This document shows, one piece after another, positions 9,784 to 20,190 of a stretch of 64,000 nt of DNA. The position numbers and the translations under genes are program-made. Numbering within the stretch: position 1 is the stretch's first letter; every line of letters starts with the position of its first letter. The stretch is from a virus. The stretch is from positions 64,001-128,000 of IMG/VR virus record IMGVR_UViG_3300042309_002578; one strand, written 5' to 3'. The notes under the pieces were generated by a model. It made no database searches. It saw nothing but the letters and a program-made list of their open reading frames with translations, and was not told where the DNA came from.

Positions 9784-9903
9784 TTGTAGTATGTGACGGG
9801 TTTGGGAATACTGGGGTAATTGTCAAAATAGACAAAACTCCAGTAGTAAGAGAAATGGCTGTTACTGACAATCAAAGTGATGTATTTTCGTGGAGTGCTG
9901 GGT

Positions 9904-10467
9904 ATGAACAATAAATTGCTGGTTTCGCTCTTAGTTTTAAGCTCTTGTTTTGGTGAAGTTACACAAGAAAGTTTTGCAGTACCATCAGGATTAGATCCAA
10001 TATTAAATTTAAACGCAGTTAGAGACGGTAAAAAAATACTTTATTGTGAGCCTGACCGTGATTTTTCTAGCTGTTTTGTGTTTAACAAAACCAAAAACAA
10101 TGTAGTTGGTTTATTCTTTATGCCTGGGAATTTTAATTACAGTACCTGTTTTTACGGTCAAATCTCTAAAAAATATTCAAACATTTTAGTCGGGACTGGA
10201 TATGAAGAAGCTGAGTACGAAGAATTATTCTCTAGGAACACTTTTAAGCCAAGCATTCAGTCAGATCGATTAAAATTTAGCTATAAAAAATTTGTTATTG
10301 ACAAAACAAGAAAAAAGGTAAAATTTCTCGGTGCTACAATTAATTTCGATGCTTGGGATTCGGATCGGAGACTAAAAGAAACGCCAAGCGACTCGTATTT
10401 TTACAAAAAGAATAACTTGAAAGACTTGACTCCAGATCCAATTAATTGCTCAAAAATAAAATTTTAG
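9904..10467 (+). CDS. secreted/lipoprotein-like hypothetical protein
   Basis: MNNKLLVSLLVLSSC signal-like N-terminus. Confidence 0.6.
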   Translation: MNNKLLVSLLVLSSCFGEVTQESFAVPSGLDPILNLNAVRDGKKILYCEPDRDFSSCFVFNKTKNNVVGLFFMPGNFNYSTCFYGQISKKYSNILVGTGYEEAEYEELFSRNTFKPSIQSDRLKFSYKKFVIDKTRKKVKFLGATINFDAWDSDRRLKETPSDSYFYKKNNLKDLTPDPINCSKIKF

Positions 10468-10469
10468 GA

Positions 10470-10699
10470 TTAAACAAATATTGTAATCCTCGCGCAGCAA
10501 GGCTTTTGTGTTTTAGCGATCGCTCCCCGCAGCCGTCTCCCCACCATAAACCAAATATTTGTACCAGCACCCTATCAACGCCTCGCACCATCGGTAAAAT
10601 CGACCTCCCTTTATTTTTTATTAAATAAAATATATTGTGCAAATACGCACCTGTATTAAAAAATCCCGTAATACAGGTGTAATACGAAAAATAATTTGC
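10470..10699 (-). repeat. dispersed element copy B: truncated head + one degenerate unit
   Basis: reverse complement contains GGTGCGTATTTGCACAA, GTGCTGGTACAAAT, GACGGCTGCGGGGA, GGATTACAATATT. Confidence 0.8.
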
Positions 10700-13600
10700 T
10701 CACACACCGAAAGGTGCTTTAGGTGGTCTGGGCAGCCTGTACCCAATATCGCTGGGTTTTATTAGGGTTTGCCCCAACCCCCCTCTATATGTTTCCCAGT
10801 GCAAATGCGGTCCATTTGAAAGTCCTGTGCTGCCAACCAGCATTAAAGTTTGCCCTTTGGTTACTTGCTGTCCAGCCCTGACCTTGAAGCTTCCATTCCG
10901 CCCATGACTAAATGTCATAAATACAGTTTCACCTGTGTTTGGGAGTTTTAGAGCGATCGCCACCTGATTTCCATATCCGCCAATAAACTTGGTGTAAATC
11001 ACAGTCGCATTGCCTGGTGCAACTATCGGTGAACCATTTCTAGCACCAATGTCTACACCTTTGTGCATCCTTCTAACGCCTGTAACTGGATGTACCCTGT
11101 CGCCTATCCCGCTAGTTGTTGGTCCGTCTGCTGGCAAAATCAGTGAATTATTGCCAGCAGACGAAGCTTTAGGCGTGGCTTTAGGCGTGGCTTTAGGATT
11201 AATGGCATCACCTAGTGTTTGTCCTTGTATATCAGTAATTTTTGTATTCTGTACAAGATTGGGCGTTTCTGGTTCATTCATTAATGGGATATAGAATCGG
11301 ATCTTTGTCCGACCATCTTTAAAGCTGTGGCTTATCTCCTCGATTCTTAATTCAGTTGCAAACTCTTGATTAAATATTCTTGGTGATAGGGCAATTATCT
11401 CTCCAGGAACTAACAACAATGTGTCTTTCACTGTTCGCAAAGTTAAGCTTCCTTCATATCCCTTAATTCTAGAGTTTTCATTTAATAAAACATCTTGTTC
11501 TGCACCACCGTCAATTAAATCAATTGCTCCGGGGGCTACTTTGGGTAATCCGGTCGCATCATTTATATCTATTCCTGCATTTAAAGTTCCTATATTTATG
11601 CTTGAAGATAGATTTCTTGTTGTAAATATCTCATTGTTTGTTTTTTGGTTTTGGATTTTTTCTGAAAATGTAGCACCATTTTTATCTGTTTCTTCTGTTT
11701 CAATTATTGTTATTCCATCTGTGTAAGTTGTTGTAGTTTTCTTAATAGTTTTTTCTATTGCAGTCCCCATTGTGATTGTTGTCGTTTTTGTCTCAACATC
11801 TGTTATTTTCAGATACTCTTTTGTGCGTTGAGTTCTGTTTTCAACATTAACAGTTGTATTATTTGGTCTTGTAAATGTTTTTGATGTAACTTTTTCTGGC
11901 TCAACAATTTTTGACTCTCTTGGGGCTTTCTTCTGCTTGTCTAGTGCTTGACTTAATTGATTTAATTTAACAATACCAACTTTGGGTGCTGATTTGTTTG
12001 GTTTTATTATCCCACCAGAAGGTGGTGCAGACTTACCTGTAACACCGTTTGACATTGCTCCAGTCTTGTTTTCTACATTATGTTGATCAACAACACCTGT
12101 TTGTCTATTTATTGAAACCTTGTTACTTGCTCCATTCTGCTCTAATTGCGACTCCAAAACGCCTGGGATATATCTTGGTGACGCTGTTGCCTTATCTGAA
12201 AAATTGCAGCTTATAAAAAGCTCTTCATCTACAACAAATCCGGTAAACTTTGGTCTGGCATAAGGTTCAATAATTAGCTCATTTGACCTTGGGCTATCGC
12301 TGATTTTGAATCCAATTCTTCGCGCTTCTCTTTCTAAAACTTGATATACAGTCTGACCATCTTGCGGTAAATAATGGTATGACAAACCTTGCCCTTCCAT
12401 AACTAATTTAAGGTTATATTCTTCTGCAACTCTTTGTGCAAATTCTCTAAGGGTTATATTTTGAAAGCTTTGTGTTTGGGGTATTCTTGATAATTTCCAT
12501 CGCACTGACTTGCCAGAGAACGACGTTTTTTCAACACCATACTCCTTGGAGCAACTGGCTTCTGTGTGGATAAAATGAAAAGCAATTAACTGCGTAAAAC
12601 TATTAGAGCCGACCATCATTTCAATAATTAATTCAGTCCCTTTTCTGGTATCTTCCTCTGGCTGTGCCGAAGTTTTCAGTCTTTTTGTATCGTCAGAGTT
12701 TTTAGTCCCCTGCATAGTTTTCGCAAACTGCTTTAATCCCGATTTTGATTTATTTTCGGCATTTGGTGTTATTGGTGTTATTGAGCTTAATGCTTTGACA
12801 ATCCTTTGTGCATAGGGCAATAAAGCCTGTTTTAATGCTGTAAAATTATTATTCGCCACACCGCTTACAACTAAGTTTGTGAGATTGCTATTCAGTGCAT
12901 CAATTTCTAAAATTGTTAAACCTTTTGCAATAGAGCCAAGTTTCTCGTCTGGAAATCTGCGGATATCTTTCCCTGCCAGTCCCCAATAAAAACTAAAAAA
13001 ACCGAATTCTTTGGCTAGGGCTACATCCATCTCGCTCAAACTTTTACCACTTACATCGTATTTTGAGCCAGCAATAACGCCTGGTTTCCCACCACCTGGC
13101 TGGTCAAAATGCAACTCAAGAGAATATGCGCCTGTTGATTCTTTTAGTTGTTGCACACTTGTGGTGTATGCTTTCCTGGCATTATCGCCTCTTGCTGACG
13201 GTAATGGTGGTGGTGCGATTACTGTAAATCCGGCTTTTGTTAATTCGGAGCTTACCACCTGTGCTGCAATCTCAGTGGCAACAGACTCCTTTGTTCTGGT
13301 TTCGCCACCATAATTTACCGAGGTGTTGGTTGTTCCGCTTGTTCCGCTATTAATATCAAGCCGATGCCCAGATGTGACAATTATTTTCTTTGTTGCTGCA
13401 ACTTTTGGATATGGCCAATCACCAACCTTGGATTGATTTACTGTAGTTTTGGGTGAGGCATTTTTTGCCGCTGCTTTTACTCCCCCACCTTCACTTGATG
13501 CAGACTTGATCAGTTCATCAACATTGCTTAATTGCTGTCCGCGAATCTTCTCAAAACCTCCTCCGGCTCTATAAATCCTGACAGCTTCCATGTACTGTTT

Positions 13601-14449
13601 CATTTGATCTTCTCTGATGCCATTAACCATTCTTCTGGCATTGCGAAAATCCGGTTTATCCGTCAAAAGTCCAAATTGATTAATGTTTTTGTATCCAGTT
13701 GGTGGTCTACTCTTTAGAAGATAGACCGCAATTTTAGCCGCAGTGTCTGGGTTTTGCGCCAATTCTGGATTATTAACTAGGTCTAGTCCCACAGCTTTCC
13801 CTGTGGTTTCATAAACTCCGCGCCCAGTTATTTGTAGATATCCGCGTCCCTTGTATTTCACTGCCCAGTCTCTTCTGCCGTTGTTGCCGATACCCGAAAC
13901 ATTGGCGTATCGTGCAAGATAACTATCTGATCCTTGTTCCGCTAAAAAGCGGGTATCACCAACTGGATATTTTGTGGCCGCATCACCTGTTTCGTGTGAT
14001 GCGGTCGCCAATAAAAAGATTATTTGATTCTTGTTCCATCCTGCTTTTAGTGCTTCACGGACTAAAAGCATTTCATTGTCTTTCCAAGTTAATTTTGTTC
14101 CATTAGGTATTGACGATGCTGTTGGTGATACTGTTGGTGTTGTCCCATCTATTGATGTGTTTGGTACATTGTCCGGTTTCTGATCATTAATTACTTTTGA
14201 ATTAAGTAATTCACTATCTACTATAATTCCGCCAAACTTTATACTCAACGCTCTGTACTTTGCAGCAATTTTTAACCCAGGATCGTATAAAGTAAAGCTT
14301 CCGGTGCTTGATGCTTTGTTTTCGCTAAGATTTACGTTTATATCTGCTGTCAATATACCATCTCCAGATTGCCAAACATCGTCACCTATTCTTACGCGAG
14401 CTATTTTAGATGTAAATTCGTAAAAAGTCATATATTTTAATACCTTCAT
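10700..14449 (-). CDS. baseplate hub (GpD/gp27-like) fused to GH19 glycosidase, Amidase_3 and M23 peptidase
   Basis: GH19: LATASHETG..YKGRGYLQITGR; amidase: VTSGH..E..LELHFD..ILEID; hub: NITLREFAQRVA..QDGQTVYQVLEREARRIG; M23: HKGVD..GGYGN..SHG..GPHLHWE. Confidence 0.85.
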   Translation of the reverse strand: MKVLKYMTFYEFTSKIARVRIGDDVWQSGDGILTADINVNLSENKASSTGSFTLYDPGLKIAAKYRALSIKFGGIIVDSELLNSKVINDQKPDNVPNTSIDGTTPTVSPTASSIPNGTKLTWKDNEMLLVREALKAGWNKNQIIFLLATASHETGDAATKYPVGDTRFLAEQGSDSYLARYANVSGIGNNGRRDWAVKYKGRGYLQITGRGVYETTGKAVGLDLVNNPELAQNPDTAAKIAVYLLKSRPPTGYKNINQFGLLTDKPDFRNARRMVNGIREDQMKQYMEAVRIYRAGGGFEKIRGQQLSNVDELIKSASSEGGGVKAAAKNASPKTTVNQSKVGDWPYPKVAATKKIIVTSGHRLDINSGTSGTTNTSVNYGGETRTKESVATEIAAQVVSSELTKAGFTVIAPPPLPSARGDNARKAYTTSVQQLKESTGAYSLELHFDQPGGGKPGVIAGSKYDVSGKSLSEMDVALAKEFGFFSFYWGLAGKDIRRFPDEKLGSIAKGLTILEIDALNSNLTNLVVSGVANNNFTALKQALLPYAQRIVKALSSITPITPNAENKSKSGLKQFAKTMQGTKNSDDTKRLKTSAQPEEDTRKGTELIIEMMVGSNSFTQLIAFHFIHTEASCSKEYGVEKTSFSGKSVRWKLSRIPQTQSFQNITLREFAQRVAEEYNLKLVMEGQGLSYHYLPQDGQTVYQVLEREARRIGFKISDSPRSNELIIEPYARPKFTGFVVDEELFISCNFSDKATASPRYIPGVLESQLEQNGASNKVSINRQTGVVDQHNVENKTGAMSNGVTGKSAPPSGGIIKPNKSAPKVGIVKLNQLSQALDKQKKAPRESKIVEPEKVTSKTFTRPNNTTVNVENRTQRTKEYLKITDVETKTTTITMGTAIEKTIKKTTTTYTDGITIIETEETDKNGATFSEKIQNQKTNNEIFTTRNLSSSINIGTLNAGIDINDATGLPKVAPGAIDLIDGGAEQDVLLNENSRIKGYEGSLTLRTVKDTLLLVPGEIIALSPRIFNQEFATELRIEEISHSFKDGRTKIRFYIPLMNEPETPNLVQNTKITDIQGQTLGDAINPKATPKATPKASSAGNNSLILPADGPTTSGIGDRVHPVTGVRRMHKGVDIGARNGSPIVAPGNATVIYTKFIGGYGNQVAIALKLPNTGETVFMTFSHGRNGSFKVRAGQQVTKGQTLMLVGSTGLSNGPHLHWETYRGGLGQTLIKPSDIGYRLPRPPKAPFGV

Positions 14450-14827
14450 TGAGATAATTTTATCATCAAAAATAGTGTTTGACTTTAAGTGTTATCGCCC
14501 GAACAAAAACTATTTCCATATTTCAGCATTAACACCGAAAGAAATAAACTATGAGAGCAAAATTTACTTCATTTAATCAAAACAGAACAAAATGGGAATA
14601 AATATAAACCCAGAGTCTTTTGTGGGGGACGAAATTATCTATTTATTGCAGTCAAGAGCCAATAATGCAGTCGTTGTTGTGAGCGAAAATGATGGAACTA
14701 CGCTTATTGACAATAGGCAACTTAAAATCATTCCACAAATTACTTAAAATATTTCAACATTAATATTGCATTAATATTGAAGGCGTGGTATGCTGGTTAC
14801 AGAAGAAAAACACAGGAATCAAAAACA

Positions 14828-15199
14828 ATGACTTTAGATTTTTTGACAAAACAATTCTACCAAGAAGAGTATTTAGCAGAGTGGGAAAAATATTCACGGG
14901 CTGCAATTAATAACTGGGAGTTAGACATTAAATATTTATCAACTTTTGGGCTTAATATAGAAGACGTAAAAAAACTTTTAAAAGAGCCACTAAACTTTGA
15001 TGATTGGTGTAAGGCTGCCATCAGGATTGACAAATACACAAAACTAATAGAGCAGAGAGAAAAGATTCTTCATAGGCTAGATAATGTGTGCTCTAGAAAA
15101 TTAAATCCAGATGAAGAAATGCTAATGAATAAGCACAGCGCAAAAATATTAAAGCTTTACAAAAGAATGCTTAAGTATGAAATAATGACTCTTTGTTAA
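14828..15199 (+). CDS. hypothetical protein
   Basis: ORF followed by long palindrome 15199-15240. Confidence 0.6.
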   Translation: MTLDFLTKQFYQEEYLAEWEKYSRAAINNWELDIKYLSTFGLNIEDVKKLLKEPLNFDDWCKAAIRIDKYTKLIEQREKILHRLDNVCSRKLNPDEEMLMNKHSAKILKLYKRMLKYEIMTLC

Positions 15200-15395
15200 A
15201 ATATTTTGTAGTGACTTAATTTAAGTCACTACAAAATATTAATAATTTAGCACAATTAATTAATGATCACCAAAGAAAAAGGAATAGATCTAGCTAAAAT
15301 ACACTTAGGCGAATTAATAAGTTGACGGCGATTAAAACTATAATTTTATAGTTAGCACAATGTGTTTAAATTCAATCAACAACAAGGAAGATACT

Positions 15396-15827
15396 GTGAC
15401 TACCGCATCAAAATTCTACATAGTTACACAAACAAAAGAAGTTTTTCCAGTGATCGCAGCACTGGAAAAATGTATAAGACATTTAATTCTTGCAGATCAA
15501 TCATTTTATAATCAGTTGCCTGGATTTCCAAGGTTCGAGATAACGCCATCTCTAAAAATGGTAAATGTCATTTTTAACTATTTGGGGCTTACAAAGAACC
15601 TTATGATTCAGTTTCATTCTGACGAGGACGAGATTAACGGTGATAATTACCCGAAGATATTTTTTACTTTACACCACAATTATTCTGAAGGCGGAGAACT
15701 AGAATGCCTTAAAAAAATTTGCACCCTTATCTGCAACAGCCACAACTTGTTTGATTGGGTGGAAAGCGTCTGGTTCTGCGAAAGTGACGTTGATGGCGAA
15801 GAATACACTAAAGTGTTCGACAATTGA
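15396..15827 (+). CDS. hypothetical protein
   Basis: AAGGAAG before GTG 15396 (track start 15360). Confidence 0.6.
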   Translation: MTTASKFYIVTQTKEVFPVIAALEKCIRHLILADQSFYNQLPGFPRFEITPSLKMVNVIFNYLGLTKNLMIQFHSDEDEINGDNYPKIFFTLHHNYSEGGELECLKKICTLICNSHNLFDWVESVWFCESDVDGEEYTKVFDN

Positions 15828-15852
15828 GGCGTTTATTCTGCAAAAGTAACGC

Positions 15853-15881
15853 TTGACCTTGTTTGTTAGCCGTAGTAATAT
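15853..15881 (+). promoter_or_regulatory. motif promoter
   Basis: TTGACC-17(GTTAGCC)-TAATAT. Confidence 0.65.
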
Positions 15882-16013
15882 TAAAATACAGAAAACAAAA
15901 AACCACGACTAAGACTTTTACAATCCTCAGAGGCTTTACAGGCAATGGCAAATTAGTACATAGAACATATAAAAAAGCTATCTAAACATTTGTAAGGGTA
16001 GCTTTTTATATGC

Positions 16014-16042
16014 TTGACTTTTTTTGTTAGCTACAGTAATAT
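16014..16042 (+). promoter_or_regulatory. motif promoter
   Basis: TTGACT-17(GTTAGCT)-TAATAT. Confidence 0.7.
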
Positions 16043-16071
16043 GTTTAAAAAACCAATAAAAAAAGGCAACA

Positions 16072-16611
16072 ATGTCTACGCCCAAAATAACTGTAATTGA
16101 CGAACATGACTGCTTTGGTCAGATTAAAGAATTTGTATCCGCAAATCCACAAATCATAAAACCAAAATACTTTATTGCACCGAATAAAAATTTTTTACAG
16201 TCAATGACGGAAATTTGTCTTCAATCTAATCTCGTTATTATCCACCGTCACATTTGGTTGGACGACTGTCACAAAAACGATAAGCCTTGTCAACAAATAG
16301 TGGCAGAACTAAAAAAACAAATTGCACCAATTCCAATTATTGAAGTTGGCGGAGATGCAGTAGATGCAAAACGGTGTCCAAGTGATATGCTTGCTGCATT
16401 TACTCAAATTGCGATCGCAGTTAAAAACCTGGGAACACTGATAGGGGCGCAAGTGTCGCACCCAAGCCCAGCTTACAACGGCGGATTGATGACTGTCTCT
16501 AAAATAGAGATGTTAGGAAACGGAACAATTGGTGCTACCCTCAAAAACAACACTGGAGAAGAAAGAAAATATTACTCGCTGCAAAACCTGTCGGCTTACG
16601 CCACTAATTGA
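16072..16611 (+). CDS. hypothetical protein, possible degenerate receiver-like N-terminus
   Basis: KITVIDE..NLVIIH..IVAELKKQIAPIPIIEVG. Confidence 0.55.
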   Translation: MSTPKITVIDEHDCFGQIKEFVSANPQIIKPKYFIAPNKNFLQSMTEICLQSNLVIIHRHIWLDDCHKNDKPCQQIVAELKKQIAPIPIIEVGGDAVDAKRCPSDMLAAFTQIAIAVKNLGTLIGAQVSHPSPAYNGGLMTVSKIEMLGNGTIGATLKNNTGEERKYYSLQNLSAYATN

Positions 16612-16623
16612 TACTTTCGCTTA

Positions 16624-16678
16624 TTTAATATAAAAACAGGGATGCCAATACACACTAGCATCCCTGTTTTTATATTAA
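16624..16678. terminator. long bidirectional hairpin bounding the tandem array
   Basis: TTAATATAAAAACAGGGATGC..GCATCCCTGTTTTTATATTAA. Confidence 0.7.
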
Positions 16679-16680
16679 AT

Positions 16681-17795
16681 AACATATTGCAATCCCCACA
16701 CAACAAGGGTTTCGTGTTTTTGGCAATATTCCCCGCAGCCGTTCCCCCCAAGCCGCAAACCAACCATTTGCACCAACGCCCTAACAACGCCCGTGCCACC
16801 GGCTAAAAACCTAAAATCTGCCCAGTCTTGTCGGTAAAAACATATTGCAATCCCCGCACAGCAAGGGTTTCGTGTTTTTGGCAATATTCCCCCGCAGCCG
16901 TTCCCCCAAGCCGCAAACCAACCATTTGCACCAACGCCCTAACAACGCCCGTGCCACCAGCTAAAAACCTAAAATCTGCCCAGTCTTGTCGGTAAAAACA
17001 TATTGCAATCCCCGCACAGCAAGGGTTTCGTGTTTTTGGCAATATTCCCCCGCAGCCGTTCCCCCCAAGCCGCAAACCAACCATTTGCACCAACGCCCTA
17101 ACAACGCCCGTGCCACCGGCTTAAAAACCTAAAATCTGTCCAGCCTTGGCGACAAAAAACATATTGCAATCCCCGCACAGCAAGGGTTTCGTGTTTTTGG
17201 CAATATTCCCCCGCAGCCGTCCCCAAAATCCACGAACCAAACATTTGTACCAACACCCCACTAACACCCGTGCCACCGGCTAAAAACCCAAAATCTGCCC
17301 TAGCTTTGTCGGTAAAAACATATTGCAATCCCTATGTAGCAAGGACTTTGTGTTTTTGGCAATATTCCCCCGCAGCCGTCCCATTTGTACCAACACCTCA
17401 CTAACACCCGTGCCACCGGCTAAAAAACCTAAAATCTGCACCAACTTTGGTGACAAAACATATTGCAATCCCCGCGCAGTAAGGCTTCCAGCTTTGTCGG
17501 TATTTCCCCCGCAGCCGTCTCCAAACCGGCAAAACAGACATTCATTCCCAGCCTGGACTAACGCCGATAAAATCAAAATCTTGTAACACGCCTCAAACCC
17601 GCATTCTCTCGTTAAAAAATCTGTGGCGGATTATAACATAAGGTGTGTCAAAAGTAAAGGGAAGATACAAAGAAAAAAGGGCAATTTCCTATAAGAAAGT
17701 GATCATCTTCCCAATTTTATTTTTGATTAAAATCAAAAAATTATGCAAGTACGCACCTATGTCTAAAATTCTTGTAATACGTTTGTAATATAAAA
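16681..17795 (-). repeat. dispersed element copy C: head (17520-17795) + six ~158-bp tandem units
   Basis: CATATTGCAATCC at 16683, 16841, 16999, 17160, 17319, 17459; promoter TTTACT-17-TGnTATAAT at 17658-17630 (minus). Confidence 0.95.
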
Positions 17796-17813
17796 ATGAT
17801 TTTGAAAGCAGGG

Positions 17814-17842
17814 TTGACTTTATTTGTTAACCATAGCAATAT
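17814..17842 (+). promoter_or_regulatory. motif promoter
   Basis: TTGACT-17(GTTAACC)-CAATAT. Confidence 0.65.
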
Positions 17843-17879
17843 ATATTCAGTAAAGAAAAACAAAAAAGCGAAGAAAAAC

Positions 17880-18212
17880 ATGGATGCTACAAAAGTAGAA
17901 AAAATTGTAACCCTGATAAAAGAGTTTATTGACCATGCCAACATAACAATTTGGGAAGAAGAAAGTTATATAACTCTTATTACTTATTCAGGGAGAAATA
18001 TGTTTGGGCAGTTTTGCTACGCGATAGTAGCACCAGGAAGCGAACAATATCAAGATTTTGTAAGCGACCTTGAAGATTACGCTAACGAGAAAGAAATAGA
18101 AATTGACAAGAAGGATTTAAGAGAATTGAGAAAACCAGGAAGAGACACCCTTGGGTGTAGCAGTGTTTTTTATCTTCCCATACTTAAAAAAATTGACGGA
18201 CTTGAGCCTTAG
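17880..18212 (+). CDS. hypothetical protein
   Basis: ATG 17880 behind motif promoter; YSGRNMFG..C. Confidence 0.65.
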   Translation: MDATKVEKIVTLIKEFIDHANITIWEEESYITLITYSGRNMFGQFCYAIVAPGSEQYQDFVSDLEDYANEKEIEIDKKDLRELRKPGRDTLGCSSVFYLPILKKIDGLEP

Positions 18213-18288
18213 TAATAATTTTTAATTTTGGCAAATAATAAACCGACAAGATTAAATCTTGTCGGTTTATTATTCATTGTTAAAAATT

Positions 18289-19008
18289 TTATGTTTGTGC
18301 GCTTTTTTCCGTGGATTTCTTTTTTCTTCTTTCTCGCATATAATTCCTCATATATTCAGTCCTATCTCTTGCTCTATCTCTCTCGCGCTGCCTTTCCTGC
18401 ACTTCAGGTCTAGCTTTGTATTTTTTCATGTACCTTTTTTTCGCTTCTTTTCCTTTCTCAGTTGCAAAATATTTTTTAATTGCTTTGTTTGTAGCATCTC
18501 TACCTTTTTTGCTCATTCTATACTTCCTTAATGCTTCTTTACCTTTTTCAGTTGCAAGATATTTTCTAGAAGAATTAGATTGTTTGGCTCTTTTTATGTC
18601 TTCGTTTTCTTCTGCATCATTAAAAAATATTGCTTTCCCAAAATGATGGATAGATATAGCGATATATCGTGAATAATATATTGTTATATCCTCTTTCTCA
18701 CTTTTATCTTTTTTATTAAGTTGGCACACCCAAAATCCGTCTGGCAATTTTTCTGCAATTGACAAAATGTTACCAAATTCATCAAAAAATCCCATTCCAA
18801 TTTCTATTTCTTTGGCAATATTTTCTATAGATTTTTGACTAGTATCATCTGTGCTGTCTTTTACGCTTGAAGATATTTTTATAGATGAAAATATAACAAC
18901 CTCAAGTGGATCATTTGTATTTACACACTTCCATGATCTTTTATTTAGCTCTACTGTTTTCCATGTTTTGCCGTCAGCCTTGAAAACAAGATTTTTTTGT
19001 ATTTTCAC
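18289..19008 (-). CDS. hypothetical protein with basic KY(L/F)ATEKGKEA repeats
   Basis: repeated motif and Arg/Lys-rich tail. Confidence 0.65.
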   Translation of the reverse strand: MKIQKNLVFKADGKTWKTVELNKRSWKCVNTNDPLEVVIFSSIKISSSVKDSTDDTSQKSIENIAKEIEIGMGFFDEFGNILSIAEKLPDGFWVCQLNKKDKSEKEDITIYYSRYIAISIHHFGKAIFFNDAEENEDIKRAKQSNSSRKYLATEKGKEALRKYRMSKKGRDATNKAIKKYFATEKGKEAKKRYMKKYKARPEVQERQRERDRARDRTEYMRNYMRERRKKKSTEKSAQT

Positions 19009-19640
19009 TTTTCACTCCTCGTCGTTAATATTTTAATTCCAATAGCTATAACCCATATTATTAGTAATGGAGCAAATCCATCAAGATTAAATGTCGGTTT
19101 ATACCCCTCTGAATACTGTTGATATTGATCCCTTTCAAGTTTATATTTTCCCAGATCTCTTTCTGTTCTTCCTTGTGATTGCCACAGAGGAATAATGGTG
19201 CTTGCAGTAGACGTAATTATAATACCGCCAACCAGTGAGCATCCCATTGAATCATTGTATTCTTTGTTTAAAAAGTGCGATACTGATTTTACTCCACAGT
19301 ACACAATTCCAATCCCAGGTAGCACAAACCCTGCACCTAATGATGCAGTAGTCAAAACTGAAACTTTTATAATTCCAGAAGTCAAGTACCAAGTTCCAAA
19401 TGCCGAAGAAATTACAGAAAAATTCCTCCAGTTTCTTTGTGTTGAGGTTTCCGCCTCTTTCTCAATTATTCCGTAGTCAAAAATTTGCCTAACTTCTGGT
19501 GATTTGTACTCTTTCCTTGGCAAATACAAATCATTGGTAACCAAATTTTTAGTTGCCGATTTTAACCCTTGCACCAAGGCTGAATTAACTTGTTGTGCCG
19601 ACACAACAATATCTTGTTGTTGTTCAAATTCATCTTTCAT
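19005..19640 (-). CDS. membrane protein
   Basis: several TM segments; likely start ATG 19640. Confidence 0.65.
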   Translation of the reverse strand: MKDEFEQQQDIVVSAQQVNSALVQGLKSATKNLVTNDLYLPRKEYKSPEVRQIFDYGIIEKEAETSTQRNWRNFSVISSAFGTWYLTSGIIKVSVLTTASLGAGFVLPGIGIVYCGVKSVSHFLNKEYNDSMGCSLVGGIIITSTASTIIPLWQSQGRTERDLGKYKLERDQYQQYSEGYKPTFNLDGFAPLLIIWVIAIGIKILTTRSEK

Positions 19641-19814
19641 TTTTGTTATTACTAGCAAAATAATATTATATATTACTTGGTAAACATCTGTCAAGTGTTT
19701 GTTGTCTGTAGATAGTCGCACCAAGCTTAAACTAAATATCAATATTGCACAATAATATTGAGTTTATATTGTGTTATAATTAATTTGTGACCAAACACAA
19801 AGAACATTACAGCT

Positions 19815-20111
19815 ATGTCATCACACTTCGTTATTGAAAAACAAGGTATAGAATACACAGTTTCTTGTAATAATACGCACACAAACATAACCGTTGTAAT
19901 TATAAACGGCAATATTGTTGGTGAATTTACAAAACTGGACGATGGTAGCTACGCTGCAAAAGTAATTAACGGATCTGACTCTGTGCCAAAAGATACGTAT
20001 AGGATGGCAGAGCAGTATATTATAGATCAGTATTTTTCTGTATTCAGAAATGCCAGGGGCTTATTTAAAAAGCAAAAACAGACAAAAAGAAGATACGGCA
20101 CACCAGCTTAA
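19815..20111 (+). CDS. hypothetical protein
   Basis: 98-aa ORF with upstream TGTTATAAT. Confidence 0.6.
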   Translation: MSSHFVIEKQGIEYTVSCNNTHTNITVVIINGNIVGEFTKLDDGSYAAKVINGSDSVPKDTYRMAEQYIIDQYFSVFRNARGLFKKQKQTKRRYGTPA

Positions 20112-20190
20112 AATTCAAAATATTATAGCAATATTGTTTTTTTATTTAAAAATATTGCTATAATATTGTAACAAAATATGAGAGGATAAA

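Noticed and set aside
11010-14106. Plus-strand ORFs inside the hub-lysin (and similar antisense ORFs within dnaE, fibre and capsid genes)
   Set aside because: Antisense shadows of long genes without RBS or motifs
16681-17520. CRISPR array
   Set aside because: Units are ~158 bp and similar along their whole length, with no unique spacers and no cas genes in the window
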